NCBI GenBank assembly: GCA_964423885.1
Contig: CAYRGD010000002.1
Span: 82,128 to 146,127 of the forward strand
Origin: an uncultured Candidatus Saccharibacteria bacterium
GTDB taxonomy: Bacteria > Patescibacteriota > UBA1384 > JACPKC01
Direction of reading: 5' to 3'
DNA length: 64,000 nucleotides
Positions 37,951 to 47,361 of the stretch are shown piece after piece. The notes beneath the pieces were generated by a model that did not search any database, was not told the DNA's origin, and saw only the letters and a program-made list of their open reading frames with translations. A program made the translations under genes and the position numbers. Within the stretch, counting starts at the first letter, position 1; each line of letters starts with the position of its first letter.

Positions 37951-39931
37951 CCCGCCCGTCTACTCGCTGGAAACACCGGTCGTCGCGCTGCCGAAAGTCG
38001 GCCCGGCGATCGCGGCCAGACTGGGAAAGCTCGGGATCCGGACGGTCCGTGACCTGCTCATGCACTGGCCGCGCACATGGCTCGACCTGACAACGCCGAC
38101 GCCGGTCGCGGCGCTGGTGGGCGGAACGGTCGCCGTGGTCGACGGCACGTTGTCCGACCTGCAGTTCGACCCGCCGATCGCGAAGCGGCGGGCACGTGTC
38201 ACAGGAGTCGTGACCGACGCTGCCGGCGATTCGCTGCCGGTGGTGTGGCACAACCAGTCGTTTTTGCGCCGGGCCCTTGCTAACGGCCAGCATTGGCTGT
38301 TCGTCGGGCCCCTGCGCTGGAGCTTCCAGGACAAAGCCTGGATCCTGTCGAATCCTGCCCGCGCGACGGAACCGGCAGTGTTGCCGGTCTATCCGGAAAC
38401 CGAAGGTATCTCATCGGCGTTCCTGCGCGGCCTTGTCGGGGCGGTGTTGCCGGTGTGCACGCTGCCGAGCGCCGTCGATGATGCCGGTGCCGATCCGGCG
38501 CTGTCCACGGTTGCGGCGGCGATCGAAGCCGTCCATCGGCCGGTATCGGTGGCCGCTGCCAGGCAGGCGAAGCAGCGGCTGGCACTCGACGAGCTGGCCT
38601 GTTTGCAGTTCGAGCTTATCCGCGAGCACGAGCGGTCGGGCGACTCTGTCGCGGTGCCAATCGTTCCTGATCTCGCCGGCGTCAAAACGTTGGTTGGCCG
38701 GTTGCCGTTCCCGCTTACTGCCGACCAACGCCGATCCGGGTGGGCGATCATGCGGCAATTCGAATCAGCAGTCCCGCAGCGACACCTCTTGCAAGGCGAC
38801 GTGGGCACCGGTAAGACCGTGGTCGGGCTATTGGCAGCGTATTCCGCACTCGTTGCCGGACGCCCGGTGTTCTGGATGGCACCAACCCAGTTATTAGCCC
38901 GCCAACTCAAGGATCGCCTCGAGGCGTTGCTCGTTGGCACCGGCATCCCGGTCGAGCTGGTTCTCGGCCAGTCGCACGCGAACGCGCCGGACGGCGGCGT
39001 GTTGTTCGTAGGAACACAGGCACTACTAGGACTCAAGGTTCAGCCTGCGCTCGTGGTCGTCGATGAGCAGCATCGGTTCGGAGTGGCCCAGCAGCAAGCC
39101 TTGCTCGGTAGCGGCGCCCACCTCTTAGCCATGAGCGCGACGCCGATTCCGCGGGCGCTCCTGTTGGCGCTCTACGACCAACAGACATGTTCCCAGCTCC
39201 GGATCCGCCCGGCGATGCAGCAGCCTGTCCGAACACGCCTCATTTCCGAGATGGAACGCGCCGCTGCAGTCCAGGCGCTTCGTGAGGCGGTGGGGCGTGG
39301 CGAGCAGGGGTTCGTGATCGTGCCACGGATCGAGGGCGCTAGCGACGGTACCGATACCGGTCCGACGCTTGTTGAGATACTGGCGACGTACGAGGCGGCG
39401 CTTCCAAGCGTGCGGATCGCCGCTTATCATGGCCAACTGCCGCGGGCCGACCAGGAGCGGATCATGGAAGCGTTCGTCGGCCACTCAATCGATATCCTGG
39501 TCGCGACCTCGGTCGTCGAGGTCGGTCTCGACGTTCCGAATGCTACGGTAATGGTGATCGAACAGGCGGCGTGGTTCGGGTTGGCCCAACTCCACCAACT
39601 CCGTGGCCGGATCGGGCGCGGATCGGGCGCGGGCACGTGCATCGTCCTGGCCGCCGCCGATGATCCGAACGACCGTCTCAACGCCTTCTGCGCCTCGTCC
39701 GACGGGTTCGAGCTGGCAGCGATCGATCTGAAGCTCCGCGGGCCGGGCGACTTGTTGGGCGAGTTGCAGGCCGGCTGGGGTCGGATGAAACTCGCGGACG
39801 TGACTGATCTGCCGATGATTATCCGGTCGCGGGTGATCGCCCAAGAGATTGTCCGCGCTCGGCCGGCATCCCTCGAAGCCTGGCGATCAGCGTACCGCTA
39901 TATCACGGGTGAGGACGACGATGCGGCTTGA
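37865..39931 (+). CDS. recG: ATP-dependent DNA helicase RecG (start uncertain)
   Basis: ...LQGDVGTGKTVVGLLAAYS... is Walker A. VVVDEQHRFG is the DEQH box, and ...LRGRIGRG... is motif VI. The first in-frame ATG (37865) overlaps the upstream gene by 86 nt. The next ATG is at 38060. No GTG or TTG lies between them. Confidence 0.8.
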   Translation: MPRRRASNQATTASPQAKERVPRPARAISPPVYSLETPVVALPKVGPAIAARLGKLGIRTVRDLLMHWPRTWLDLTTPTPVAALVGGTVAVVDGTLSDLQFDPPIAKRRARVTGVVTDAAGDSLPVVWHNQSFLRRALANGQHWLFVGPLRWSFQDKAWILSNPARATEPAVLPVYPETEGISSAFLRGLVGAVLPVCTLPSAVDDAGADPALSTVAAAIEAVHRPVSVAAARQAKQRLALDELACLQFELIREHERSGDSVAVPIVPDLAGVKTLVGRLPFPLTADQRRSGWAIMRQFESAVPQRHLLQGDVGTGKTVVGLLAAYSALVAGRPVFWMAPTQLLARQLKDRLEALLVGTGIPVELVLGQSHANAPDGGVLFVGTQALLGLKVQPALVVVDEQHRFGVAQQQALLGSGAHLLAMSATPIPRALLLALYDQQTCSQLRIRPAMQQPVRTRLISEMERAAAVQALREAVGRGEQGFVIVPRIEGASDGTDTGPTLVEILATYEAALPSVRIAAYHGQLPRADQERIMEAFVGHSIDILVATSVVEVGLDVPNATVMVIEQAAWFGLAQLHQLRGRIGRGSGAGTCIVLAAADDPNDRLNAFCASSDGFELAAIDLKLRGPGDLLGELQAGWGRMKLADVTDLPMIIRSRVIAQEIVRARPASLEAWRSAYRYITGEDDDAA

Positions 39932-40391
39932 TCTGGATGCAATCCGGGCGTACCGCTGGCCGATCGGGATGGGCTTCCTTGCGCTGGCTGGCGTGAGCGC
40001 CTTCGTCCTTGTGCGGGAATTCGGCTACCTGCCGTCGGCGACCGCGGCCGGACGGCCCGATCAGGCGACGCTCCAGGCGCTCGAACAGCTGCAGCAGGAT
40101 AAGAACGCGCTCCAAGCGAAAGTATCCGCTTTGGAAGCGTCCACGACGGGTGTGCCAACGGCCGCTGCGGCATCGGCCGGCGCCGAGGCGACATCGCTCG
40201 TCAACATTAATACGGCCGGGGAGAGCCAGCTCGAGACGTTGCCCGGCATCGGTCCGTCCAAAGCGAAAGCGATCATCGACTACCGGACCTCCCACGGCCC
40301 GTTCACGTCACCAAAATCTATTACGAACGTGAAAGGAATAGGCAAAAGCACCTACGAGAAATTAGCACCGCTCATTACCGTCGGTCCGTAA
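39921..40391 (+). CDS. comEA: ComEA (helix-hairpin-helix DNA-binding competence protein)
   Basis: Start MRLDLDAIRAYRWPIGMGFLALAGVSAF is the TM anchor. ...VNINTAGESQLETLPGIGPSKAKAIIDYRTSHGPFTSPKSITNVKGIGKSTYEKL matches ComEA tandem HhH motifs. It overlaps the recG end by 11 nt. Confidence 0.8.
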   Translation: MRLDLDAIRAYRWPIGMGFLALAGVSAFVLVREFGYLPSATAAGRPDQATLQALEQLQQDKNALQAKVSALEASTTGVPTAAAASAGAEATSLVNINTAGESQLETLPGIGPSKAKAIIDYRTSHGPFTSPKSITNVKGIGKSTYEKLAPLITVGP

Positions 40392-40433
40392 CGGATATGG
40401 TATGCTTACAGGGCGTCGAGGTAGCGGCAGCAC

Positions 40434-40520
40434 GTCGAAGTGGCGGAACTGGCAGACGCGCAGGGTTTAGGACCCTGTGTCCGCAAGGACGTGTGGGTTC
40501 GATTCCCACCTTCGGCACCA
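40434..40520 (+). tRNA. tRNA-Leu (anticodon UAG), type II long variable arm
   Basis: GTCGAAGTGGCGGAACTGGCAGACGCGCAGGGTTTAGGACCCTGTGTCCGCAAGGACGTGTGGGTTCGATTCCCACCTTCGGCACCA. Anticodon loop UUUAGGA; CCA encoded. Confidence 0.85.
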
Positions 40521-40525
40521 TCCCT

Positions 40526-41455
40526 ATGCAGCACATCGTTTTCGCGATCTCCGGCCCGACTGGCAGCGGTAAGACCGAGTGGGGGATCAAGCTCGCCGCG
40601 GAATGCAACGGCGCCGTGATCGCCGCCGATTCGCGCACCGTCTACCGCGGCCTCGACATCGGCACCAATAAGGCGACCTACGAACTGCCCCATACCGCCC
40701 GACAGACGCCGTTGGGGCCGGTCTACCGGATACAGGGCGTCGACCACTACGGCCTCGACCTGTGTGACCCGTCCATGCAATTCACTGCCGCTGATTTCCA
40801 GACGTTCGCGCTCCGTGCCATCGACGAAATCGGGCGGCAAGGCAAGCTCCCGATCCTGGTCGGTGGCACCGGTCTCTATATCCAATCCGTCCTTGACGGC
40901 TACCAGTTCCCTGCAAGAGCCGTGTTGCCCGACCGGTGGCGGCACCGGTCCACCGAAGAGCTGCTGCAGGAGCTTGTCTTATGGGACGCGGCGTCGGCGG
41001 AGCGCATCGATCCGAAGAACCGCGCCAGGGTTGAACGTGCGCTCGCCCATGCATTCCAGACCGGCCAGAGTTTTCGGGGCGCGCAACAGAAACGGCCACC
41101 GGCGTTCGCATGGCAACTCTTCGTGATCGATCCCGATCCGGCAGACCTTGCGCGCCGTCTTGCCGGCCGCATCGACCGCTGGCTCGACGACGGGCTGCTC
41201 GATGAGGTGCGCACCCTGCGCGCCGCCGGTATTCCGGACGAGCGGCTCCGTTCCTTCGGATTCATGTACAGCGCCAGCCTCGACCGTATCCTAGGCGCGA
41301 TCGACGAATCGCTGTTTCGTCGACGGCTCGCAGCCGACCTGCGTAGCTTCACGAAACGACAGTTGACCTGGTGGCGGCGCCATCCGAAGGCGCAGTTCGT
41401 ACGCCGCTATGCGGATATGGCGAAGGCCGTGAAGCAGAGCCTGAAGCGTCCATAA
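40526..41455 (+). CDS. miaA: tRNA dimethylallyltransferase MiaA
   Basis: MQHIVFAISGPTGSGKTEWGIKLA is the P-loop. ...LVGGTGLYIQSVLDGY... The start lies 5 nt after the tRNA-Leu 3' end. Confidence 0.85.
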   Translation: MQHIVFAISGPTGSGKTEWGIKLAAECNGAVIAADSRTVYRGLDIGTNKATYELPHTARQTPLGPVYRIQGVDHYGLDLCDPSMQFTAADFQTFALRAIDEIGRQGKLPILVGGTGLYIQSVLDGYQFPARAVLPDRWRHRSTEELLQELVLWDAASAERIDPKNRARVERALAHAFQTGQSFRGAQQKRPPAFAWQLFVIDPDPADLARRLAGRIDRWLDDGLLDEVRTLRAAGIPDERLRSFGFMYSASLDRILGAIDESLFRRRLAADLRSFTKRQLTWWRRHPKAQFVRRYADMAKAVKQSLKRP

Positions 41456-41470
41456 GAGGGTAGGAGGGAA

Positions 41471-42979
41471 ATGCTTGCCACTGTCCGCTCCTTCGCCATC
41501 GTCGGTTTAAGTGCCGAGCCGGTGATCGTTGAGGTCGATCTTGCCCAAGGCTTGCCGGGCCTCGTGATCGTGGGCCTGCCCGACAAGGCGGTTGAGGAAG
41601 CGAAGGAACGGGTGCGCAGCGCGATTACCAATGCCGGGGCCCGTTTCCCGCTGCGCAGGATTACTGTCAATATGGCACCGGCCGATCTCAAGAAGACCGG
41701 CCCTGGGTTCGACGTAGCGATTGCGCTCGGGATCCTTGCGAGCGACGGGCAGATCCCGGTTGCGCAGGCGGATACGGCATTCGTCGGCGAGCTGGCATTG
41801 AACGGTGACCTTCGTCCTGTAACCGGCGTTCTTGCTATGGCCATGGCCGCAGCCGGGCGCGGCATCCGTACACTAGTCGTTCCCATAACGAACGTGGCCG
41901 AGGCGGCGGTGGTCGAGGGGCTGACGGTCTTGGGTGCTGCATCGCTCACGCAGCTCGCCGCCCATCTGGCCGGTACGGATACGTTGTCTCCGGCAACGCA
42001 CATCGCTCCCGAGCCGGTCCGAGCCTTGGCCGGTGCCGATTTCGCTGACGTGAAGGGCCAGGTCCAGGCAAAGCGGGCGCTCGAGATCGCTGCGGCGGGC
42101 GGCCACAACCTGCTTATGAGCGGGCCGCCCGGATCGGGTAAGACGTTACTTGCCAAGGCCTTCGCGGGTATCCTGCCGCCGCTCACGCAAGACGAGATAC
42201 TCGAAGTCACGAAGATCCATAGCGTCGCGGGTACGCTGCCGCCCGAGACGGGGCTTGTCACTGCCCGGCCGATCCGCATGCCCCACCACACCGCCAGCGC
42301 GATCGCCATGATCGGCGGCGGCGCTTGGCCTCGGCCCGGAGAAATTTCGCTCGCCCACCGCGGGGTCCTCTTCCTCGACGAGTTGCCCGAGTTTCCTCGG
42401 TCGGTACTCGAAGTGCTCCGCCAGCCGCTTGAAGACGGCGTTATCACGATTTCCCGCGCCCAGGGATCTCTGCAGTTTCCGGCCAAGTTCCTGTTGCTTG
42501 CCGCCCAGAACCCTTGCCCGTGCGGCCGGCTGGGGACGCCCCAGTGCACATGCACGCCGACCCAGGTGCTACGGTACGAGCGCCGGCTGTCCGGGCCGTT
42601 CCTCGACCGTATCGACCTGCGTGTCCACGTACCAGCCGTGGCATTCGACGAGCTCGTGGGAGCAGGGAGCGGCGAACGGTCGGATGCAGTTCGGGAGCGG
42701 GTGGTCCGGGCGCGTACGCGGCAACACCGCAGGGCCGGCGGCCCGGCCCGATCGAATGCCGAGCTTACGAACGCGCAGCTTGCAGCGGCCGTCGTTCTCG
42801 ATCCCAATGCACAGGCATTACTGCGCCAGGCCGTGGCGCAGTACCAGCTGTCGGCACGGGTGTACCACCGCATCCTCAAAGTGGCGCGCACGATCGCCGA
42901 TCTTGCCGACAGCGACGATGTGCATGTGCCGCACGTGGCCGAGGCGTTGCAGTACCGCGCGAAGCCGTCGGTTGCTTGA
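41471..42979 (+). CDS. comM: YifB/ComM-family Mg-chelatase-like AAA+ ATPase
   Basis: MLATVRSFAIVGLSAEPVIVEVDL... N-terminal Lon-like domain ... LLMSGPPGSGKTLLAKAFAGILPPL is Walker A. ...VLFLDELPEF... is Walker B; 502 aa. Confidence 0.85.
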   Translation: MLATVRSFAIVGLSAEPVIVEVDLAQGLPGLVIVGLPDKAVEEAKERVRSAITNAGARFPLRRITVNMAPADLKKTGPGFDVAIALGILASDGQIPVAQADTAFVGELALNGDLRPVTGVLAMAMAAAGRGIRTLVVPITNVAEAAVVEGLTVLGAASLTQLAAHLAGTDTLSPATHIAPEPVRALAGADFADVKGQVQAKRALEIAAAGGHNLLMSGPPGSGKTLLAKAFAGILPPLTQDEILEVTKIHSVAGTLPPETGLVTARPIRMPHHTASAIAMIGGGAWPRPGEISLAHRGVLFLDELPEFPRSVLEVLRQPLEDGVITISRAQGSLQFPAKFLLLAAQNPCPCGRLGTPQCTCTPTQVLRYERRLSGPFLDRIDLRVHVPAVAFDELVGAGSGERSDAVRERVVRARTRQHRRAGGPARSNAELTNAQLAAAVVLDPNAQALLRQAVAQYQLSARVYHRILKVARTIADLADSDDVHVPHVAEALQYRAKPSVA

Positions 42980-43139
42980 CAGGAGTGGGGATGAGCGGTA
43001 CCATGCAGCGTTCATATGATACACGGACGTTTCATGACTATCGCTACCGAAACCCGGATCATGCTTTCGATGCTGGCACTGTCGCTGGTAGTCGTCGCGT
43101 TGGCATACACGTACCGTATCACCGTGACGGATCACCGCT

Positions 43140-43904
43140 ATGACCGACCGTTCACCGCAGCCGCCGCTACGTTCGATCCGGCTCAATAAGGTTATTGCCC
43201 AGGCGACGGGCATCGCCCGCCGGAAAGCGGACGGTCTCATCGAAGCTGGACGGATCGCGGTCAACGGCCGCGTTGTCCGCACCCTTGGAGCGAAAGCCGA
43301 TCCGGCCCGCGATGAGATCCGGTTCGACGGCGAGTTACTCACTGCCCCGCCCGAACCGGTACTCTACCGGTTTTACAAGCCGTCCGGCGTAGTCAGTACA
43401 CTGAGCGACGAGCTCGACCGGCCGTCGCTTGCACAGTACCTTCCCGCCAAGGCAGGCCTCTTCCCGATTGGCCGGCTGGACCGGCAGAGCGAGGGGCTAC
43501 TCCTGCTCACCAACGACGGTGCCTTGGCGCTCCGTCTGGCCCATCCCAGGTACCGCCAACCCAAGGTCTACCGAGTCTGGCTGCACAAGCCTGCTGGGTA
43601 TTCGGTACCGGCGCTCTTGGCCGCGCTCAAGCGTCGCTATATGGTGGCCGGCCGCCATCGGGCGTTCGATGCGGTCGAGTACCGGGGTGCGGAGGACGAG
43701 GCCCTTGTGATGGATGTCACTGTCCACGAAGGCGTGTTCCACGAGGTCAAGCGGCTTGTCGACCGCGCAGGCTATACTGTTGCCCGGCTCTTGCGCCTTT
43801 CCCATGGCCCCGTCGTGCTCGATGACATGAAGCCGGGCGAATTGCGCCAGCTCACTGCCGAGGAGCTGGGGTCAGTCCGCGCTCAGATTGAGCACGCGGC
43901 CTAA
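43140..43904 (+). CDS. Pseudouridine synthase, RsuA/RluB family (S4 domain + PseudoU_synth_2)
   Basis: ...IRLNKVIAQATGIARRKADGLIEAGRIAVNGR... is an S4 domain. ...GRLDRQSEGLLLLTNDGALA... is the catalytic Asp motif. Confidence 0.8.
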   Translation: MTDRSPQPPLRSIRLNKVIAQATGIARRKADGLIEAGRIAVNGRVVRTLGAKADPARDEIRFDGELLTAPPEPVLYRFYKPSGVVSTLSDELDRPSLAQYLPAKAGLFPIGRLDRQSEGLLLLTNDGALALRLAHPRYRQPKVYRVWLHKPAGYSVPALLAALKRRYMVAGRHRAFDAVEYRGAEDEALVMDVTVHEGVFHEVKRLVDRAGYTVARLLRLSHGPVVLDDMKPGELRQLTAEELGSVRAQIEHAA

Positions 43905-44135
43905 CTGTTTGGCGACCATGGCGGCGTGCGTGCCGGTATGCATGTAGACCGACGCGCCCGCGAGCACGAGTCCGAGCAAGAGGATGATGAGTCCGACGCG
44001 CCGCAGGTCCGCAACCGGCAGCGGCGACACCGTGCGCAGGGCGTGGGCGGCAACCTGCTGTCCGGCTACGTGAGCCGGGGGCGTTGTGGTTGGGATTTGG
44101 TGGGCGTCAGTGCGCCACCGTCGACGTCGTGCCAT
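43872..44135 (-). CDS. Possible small membrane protein (88 aa); weak call
   Basis: Internal ATG of ORF 43872..44258 gives MARRRRWRTDAHQ...VGLIILLLGLVLAGASVYMH, one TM helix. It is convergent with and overlaps the rsuA-family gene by 33 nt. No RBS. It may be a GC-frame artefact. Confidence 0.2.
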   Translation of the reverse strand: MARRRRWRTDAHQIPTTTPPAHVAGQQVAAHALRTVSPLPVADLRRVGLIILLLGLVLAGASVYMHTGTHAAMVAKQLGRVLNLSAD

Positions 44136-44221
44136 AGATAGGCCGAGTATGCCAGCAGGAAAGAACCGTTGCAAGCGGTGTCCGCACTTGGTAGGATCAG
44201 CCGGCGCATCGGACAGTCGAT

Positions 44222-44296
44222 GCGGGAGTAGTTCAGTAGTAGAACGCTTCCTTGCCAAGGAAGAGGTCGCGGGTGCGAATCCCGTCTCCCGCTCCA
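44222..44296 (+). tRNA. tRNA-Gly (anticodon GCC)
   Basis: GCGGGAGTAGTTCAGTAGTAGAACGCTTCCTTGCCAAGGAAGAGGTCGCGGGTGCGAATCCCGTCTCCCGCTCCA. Anticodon loop UUGCCAA. Confidence 0.85.
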
Positions 44297-44316
44297 GACT
44301 TGATGTGAATCGCTAC

Positions 44317-44391
44317 GGCGGCGTAGCCAAGTAGTAAGGCAGAGGTCTGCAAAACCTCTATACGCGGGTGCAATTCCCGCCGTCGCCTCCA
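44317..44391 (+). tRNA. tRNA-Cys (anticodon GCA)
   Basis: GGCGGCGTAGCCAAGTAGTAAGGCAGAGGTCTGCAAAACCTCTATACGCGGGTGCAATTCCCGCCGTCGCCTCCA. Anticodon loop CUGCAAA. One G-U pair in the acceptor stem. Confidence 0.8.
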
Positions 44392-44416
44392 GACTGCTCC
44401 GCTCCCGCACGTTCTT

Positions 44417-44641
44417 ATGACCCGCACCCTGCTCATCACTATCATCCAAATCGCGAGCGCCATCGGGCTCATCGCGTTTATTCTCTTGCAGCACCGCGGC
44501 ACCGGCCTCGGCGGAGCTTTCGGCGGCACGGGCAATATGTACCGCAGTAAGCGGGGTGTCGAGCGGATCCTGTTCCGGGGCACGATCGGGCTCGGCGTCT
44601 TATTTGTCGCCGTTTCGCTCTTGTCGGTCCTCCTCCAGTAG
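44417..44641 (+). CDS. secG: Preprotein translocase subunit SecG
   Basis: 74 aa. MTRTLLITIIQIASAIGLIAFILLQHRGTGLGGAFGG...RGVERILFRGTIGLGVLFVAVSLLSVLLQ is the two-TM SecG pattern with a Gly-rich loop. Confidence 0.8.
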   Translation: MTRTLLITIIQIASAIGLIAFILLQHRGTGLGGAFGGTGNMYRSKRGVERILFRGTIGLGVLFVAVSLLSVLLQ

Positions 44642-44671
44642 CCGCCTAGCAGGCGGGGCAGCAGGGAGCGT

Positions 44672-45997
44672 ATGGTTCGTCAACTTGCCCGTCTTTTGAC
44701 CCAGGCCGAACGGCGCCTGCTACTCCTGCTCGGCATCGCCGCGCTCGGGGCGGCGGCCAGCATCGGGCATGCGGCCTGGCTGCAATCAACTATCGCCGTT
44801 CCTGCCTATGGCGGACGGTATACCGAAGGGATCGTGGCCTCATCGGTCACCGACATCACGCCGTCGCTCAACGTACTGACGAACGTGGGGTTTACGGTGA
44901 TCGGAACGGACGGGCAGTTGGCTCCGGCCGCAGCTGAGAGCTGGCAGGTCAGTGACGACGGCAAAACGTACACGTTCGTGATGCGTCCGGAGCTGTCCGA
45001 CGACACGGTCAAAACGGCGCTGGCCGACAACCAACGGCTCTTTCCCGACATCACGATCGATACCTCGGGTGACCACCGGGTGGTATTCCAGCTGACACAA
45101 GCGTTCGCCCCGTTTCTGGCCACGACGGCCGAGCCGATCTTTCCTGTCGGACCGTTCGTGATCGCCAGCCAGGAAAAGGGAATCGTACGGCTGGAAGCCC
45201 GCTCTGACGCGCTCCTCGGCCGTCCGTTCCTTAATGAGATCAACCTGCGCGTATATACCGACAGCTTCAGCCTGACGAAGGCACTGGCCTCGGGCGATAT
45301 CGACGGCGTCGCCGACGTGGCCTCGGTCGAAAACAAGCTGCTGCTCGACCGTCTGTCGGTCTTTTCCATGCCGCTCCCGCGCAAGCTCTACGTCTTTTTC
45401 AATACCGCCCGCGACGCGGTCAAGGACGCCGCAGTCCGTACGAAGTTGCGCGACGGCGAGGCGCTCGGGACGCCCGTCACGCTCAAGCTCGTGACGCTTG
45501 CGAGCCCCAAGAACGAACAATTGGCTGCCGAGCTCACTCGCCAGTGGGAGCCGCTCGGCGTGACGATCCAACTCGAGACGCGCACCGCGACCGAACTTGC
45601 CCAAACGGTTATTCCCACTCGCGACTACGACCTGCTCATCTACGGCCTCGACTTCGGCGGCGATCCCGACCCGTACCCGTTCTGGCACTCGTCCCAGATT
45701 TCCGAGAAGGGGCTCAACTTGTCGAACTACGCCCAGATCGATGCCGACCGGTTGTTGGAAAAAGCCCGCCAAGAAAGCGACGGCGCGAAGCGGGCCGACC
45801 TGTACGCGCAATTCCAGACCATTTTCGACCGTGACGTCCCGGCTATCGAGCTCGAACAGGTGACCGCCCAGTTCGCGACCGACGCGAAACTGAAGGGCGT
45901 TGCCGTCCATGCGGCGCTGTCTCTGGCCAACCGGTTCGATTCGGCCGCCAGTTGGTACCGGAAGGAGAAACGGGTTCGACAATCCGACCAGCAATAG
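44672..45997 (+). CDS. Extracellular solute-binding protein, family 5-like (orphan; no cognate permease/ATPase genes nearby)
   Basis: 441 aa. N-terminal TM/signal LLLLLGIAALGAAASIGHAAWL ... DPDPYPFWHSSQ and other SBP_bac_5-like segments. Shorter than typical OppA/NikA (>500 aa). Confidence 0.6.
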   Translation: MVRQLARLLTQAERRLLLLLGIAALGAAASIGHAAWLQSTIAVPAYGGRYTEGIVASSVTDITPSLNVLTNVGFTVIGTDGQLAPAAAESWQVSDDGKTYTFVMRPELSDDTVKTALADNQRLFPDITIDTSGDHRVVFQLTQAFAPFLATTAEPIFPVGPFVIASQEKGIVRLEARSDALLGRPFLNEINLRVYTDSFSLTKALASGDIDGVADVASVENKLLLDRLSVFSMPLPRKLYVFFNTARDAVKDAAVRTKLRDGEALGTPVTLKLVTLASPKNEQLAAELTRQWEPLGVTIQLETRTATELAQTVIPTRDYDLLIYGLDFGGDPDPYPFWHSSQISEKGLNLSNYAQIDADRLLEKARQESDGAKRADLYAQFQTIFDRDVPAIELEQVTAQFATDAKLKGVAVHAALSLANRFDSAASWYRKEKRVRQSDQQ

Positions 45998-46016
45998 GTA
46001 GGCTATCCAGTATCGT

Positions 46017-46102
46017 GGGCGAGTGGCGAAATGGCAGACGCGCTAGCTTCAGGAGCTAGTGAGAGCAATCTCGTGGAGGTTCGACTCCTCTCTCGCCCAC
46101 CA
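46017..46102 (+). tRNA. tRNA-Leu (anticodon CAG), type II
   Basis: GGGCGAGTGGCGAAATGGCAGACGCGCTAGCTTCAGGAGCTAGTGAGAGCAATCTCGTGGAGGTTCGACTCCTCTCTCGCCCACCA. Anticodon loop UUCAGGA. Confidence 0.85.
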
Positions 46103-46115
46103 TAATAGAACTCGT

Positions 46116-46775
46116 ATGAATAAACACGCCTTAAAACAAACTCTTCTCATTTACGCAGGTATCATGCTTGCGTGGACGTTGGCGTGGTGGCTCAAAGTTT
46201 CTATCATTGACGCGCAGTTTCCGTGGCTCACGACGAGCGCTGGCAGTTTCGTGTGGTGGACGATTGCAAAAGTATTGATTTGGATACTGCCCGCGATTTG
46301 GCTTATTCGCCTGTCTGGACGCACACTGAAAGAAACGTTCAACTTCGGCAACTGGAAAGGGGTTCTCGCGTGGGGTGGCGGTATCGGTCTGGCTATCGCA
46401 CTGACTGGATTTATTCCCGCATACTTGAACGGAAGCCCGCTTCTGCCAACCTCGTGGAGTATTCCGCTTTTCAGTATTCTCTTTATCGCGCCTACTTTTG
46501 AGGAATTTTTGGCTCGCGGTGCTTTGCTTGGCAATCTGGAAAAGGGCGTATCATTTTGGATAGCCAATATCATTTCCGCGCTCATGTTCGTTGGCATGCA
46601 TATACCCGGCTGGTATTTCATGGGAACATTCGCGGAGAATATGACGCGACCAGTCGGCGGCGCACTTTCCATTTTTGTGCTTGGTCTTGCATTTGGCTAC
46701 GCGGCACACAAAAGCCGTTCAGTTATGGGTGGTATGCTCGCGCACTTCCTCAATAACGTTGCGCCGAACGCATAA
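46116..46775 (+). CDS. CPBP-family intramembrane metalloprotease (CAAX protease/Abi, PF02517)
   Basis: Start MNKHALKQTLLIYAGIMLAWTLAWWLKV... polytopic. EEFLARG matches CPBP motif 1 EExxxR; FVGMH matches motif 2. The ORF-track start at 46059 lies inside the tRNA. Confidence 0.75.
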   Translation: MNKHALKQTLLIYAGIMLAWTLAWWLKVSIIDAQFPWLTTSAGSFVWWTIAKVLIWILPAIWLIRLSGRTLKETFNFGNWKGVLAWGGGIGLAIALTGFIPAYLNGSPLLPTSWSIPLFSILFIAPTFEEFLARGALLGNLEKGVSFWIANIISALMFVGMHIPGWYFMGTFAENMTRPVGGALSIFVLGLAFGYAAHKSRSVMGGMLAHFLNNVAPNA

Positions 46776-46795
46776 GAAGGAACGCCCTTAGCATT

Positions 46796-47326
46796 ATGAG
46801 TACTAAGACCACTGACAAATATGCAAACCGGAAGTACAACATCGAAGCCTATGATCCGGCATGGAAGGAACGTTTTGATGCCGAGGCTGGGCAGCTACGC
46901 CCGGTGTTCGGGGAATCCCTGCGTGCCATTGAACACGTTGGCAGTACGTCGGTTCCGGGTCTGGCGGGCAAGCCGACGATCGACATCCTTGTTACGATGA
47001 ATAGTATTCATGAGGCTGACGCGCTTTCTCGACAGATTGAAGCACTCGGGTACACCGCACTTGGCGACTACATCAATCAAGGATCGCGTTTGTTTGCGAA
47101 AGAGCGGGACAATACCCGCTTCGTCAACCTGCACGTATTCGAAGCTGCCAGTCCAAAAGTCGCTGCGATGCTGAAGTTACGCGATTACTTCCGAAACCAC
47201 CCCGCCGTAGTCGCAGAGTATAGCCAGCTGAAACTCGACTTATTTCATAGATATCCGAACGATTATGCCTCGTACCGCAAATACAAGGATGAATGGATGG
47301 AGGAGATAAAGAAGCAGATCGAATAG
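46796..47326 (+). CDS. GrpB-family protein (UPF0157, nucleotidyltransferase-fold)
   Basis: MSTKTTDKYANRKYNIEAYDPAWKERFDAE...IEHVGSTSVPGLAGKPTIDILV...NLHVFEAASPKVAAMLKLRDYFRNHP... matches GrpB conserved blocks. Confidence 0.7.
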   Translation: MSTKTTDKYANRKYNIEAYDPAWKERFDAEAGQLRPVFGESLRAIEHVGSTSVPGLAGKPTIDILVTMNSIHEADALSRQIEALGYTALGDYINQGSRLFAKERDNTRFVNLHVFEAASPKVAAMLKLRDYFRNHPAVVAEYSQLKLDLFHRYPNDYASYRKYKDEWMEEIKKQIE

Positions 47327-47330
47327 CAAA

Positions 47331-47359
47331 AAAAAAGACAACCATTGCGTTGTCTTTTT
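47331..47359. terminator. Bidirectional rho-independent terminator (AAAAAAGACAAC-cattgc-GTTGTCTTTTT)
   Basis: Hairpin flanked by an A-run on one side and a T-run on the other, lying between the GrpB gene (+) and tRNA-Phe (-). Confidence 0.7.
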
Positions 47360-47361
47360 AC

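Larger units (their letters stand above)
46103..47330 (+). other. Low-GC genomic islet (~1.2 kb, visibly ~48-54% GC versus ~65% flanks) carrying a CPBP protease and a GrpB-family gene, bounded by tRNA-Leu(CAG) and a bidirectional terminator/tRNA-Phe; putative horizontal acquisition
   Basis: The composition and codon-usage shift is visible by eye; AT-rich codons such as AAA, ATT, TTT are frequent here and rare elsewhere. tRNA-adjacent location. No integrase or flanking direct repeats found. Confidence 0.5.

Noticed and set aside
43034-43189. 51-aa ORF with one TM helix (MTIATETRIMLSMLALSLVVVALAY…) overlapping the rsuA-family start
   Set aside because: No RBS. It overlaps a confidently placed start by 50 nt. 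Kept only as a note.
46059-46115. ORF-track N-terminal extension of the CPBP gene (MRAISWRFDSSLAHHNRTR)
   Set aside because: Lies inside tRNA-Leu(CAG). The ATG at 46116 gives a normal CPBP N-terminus.
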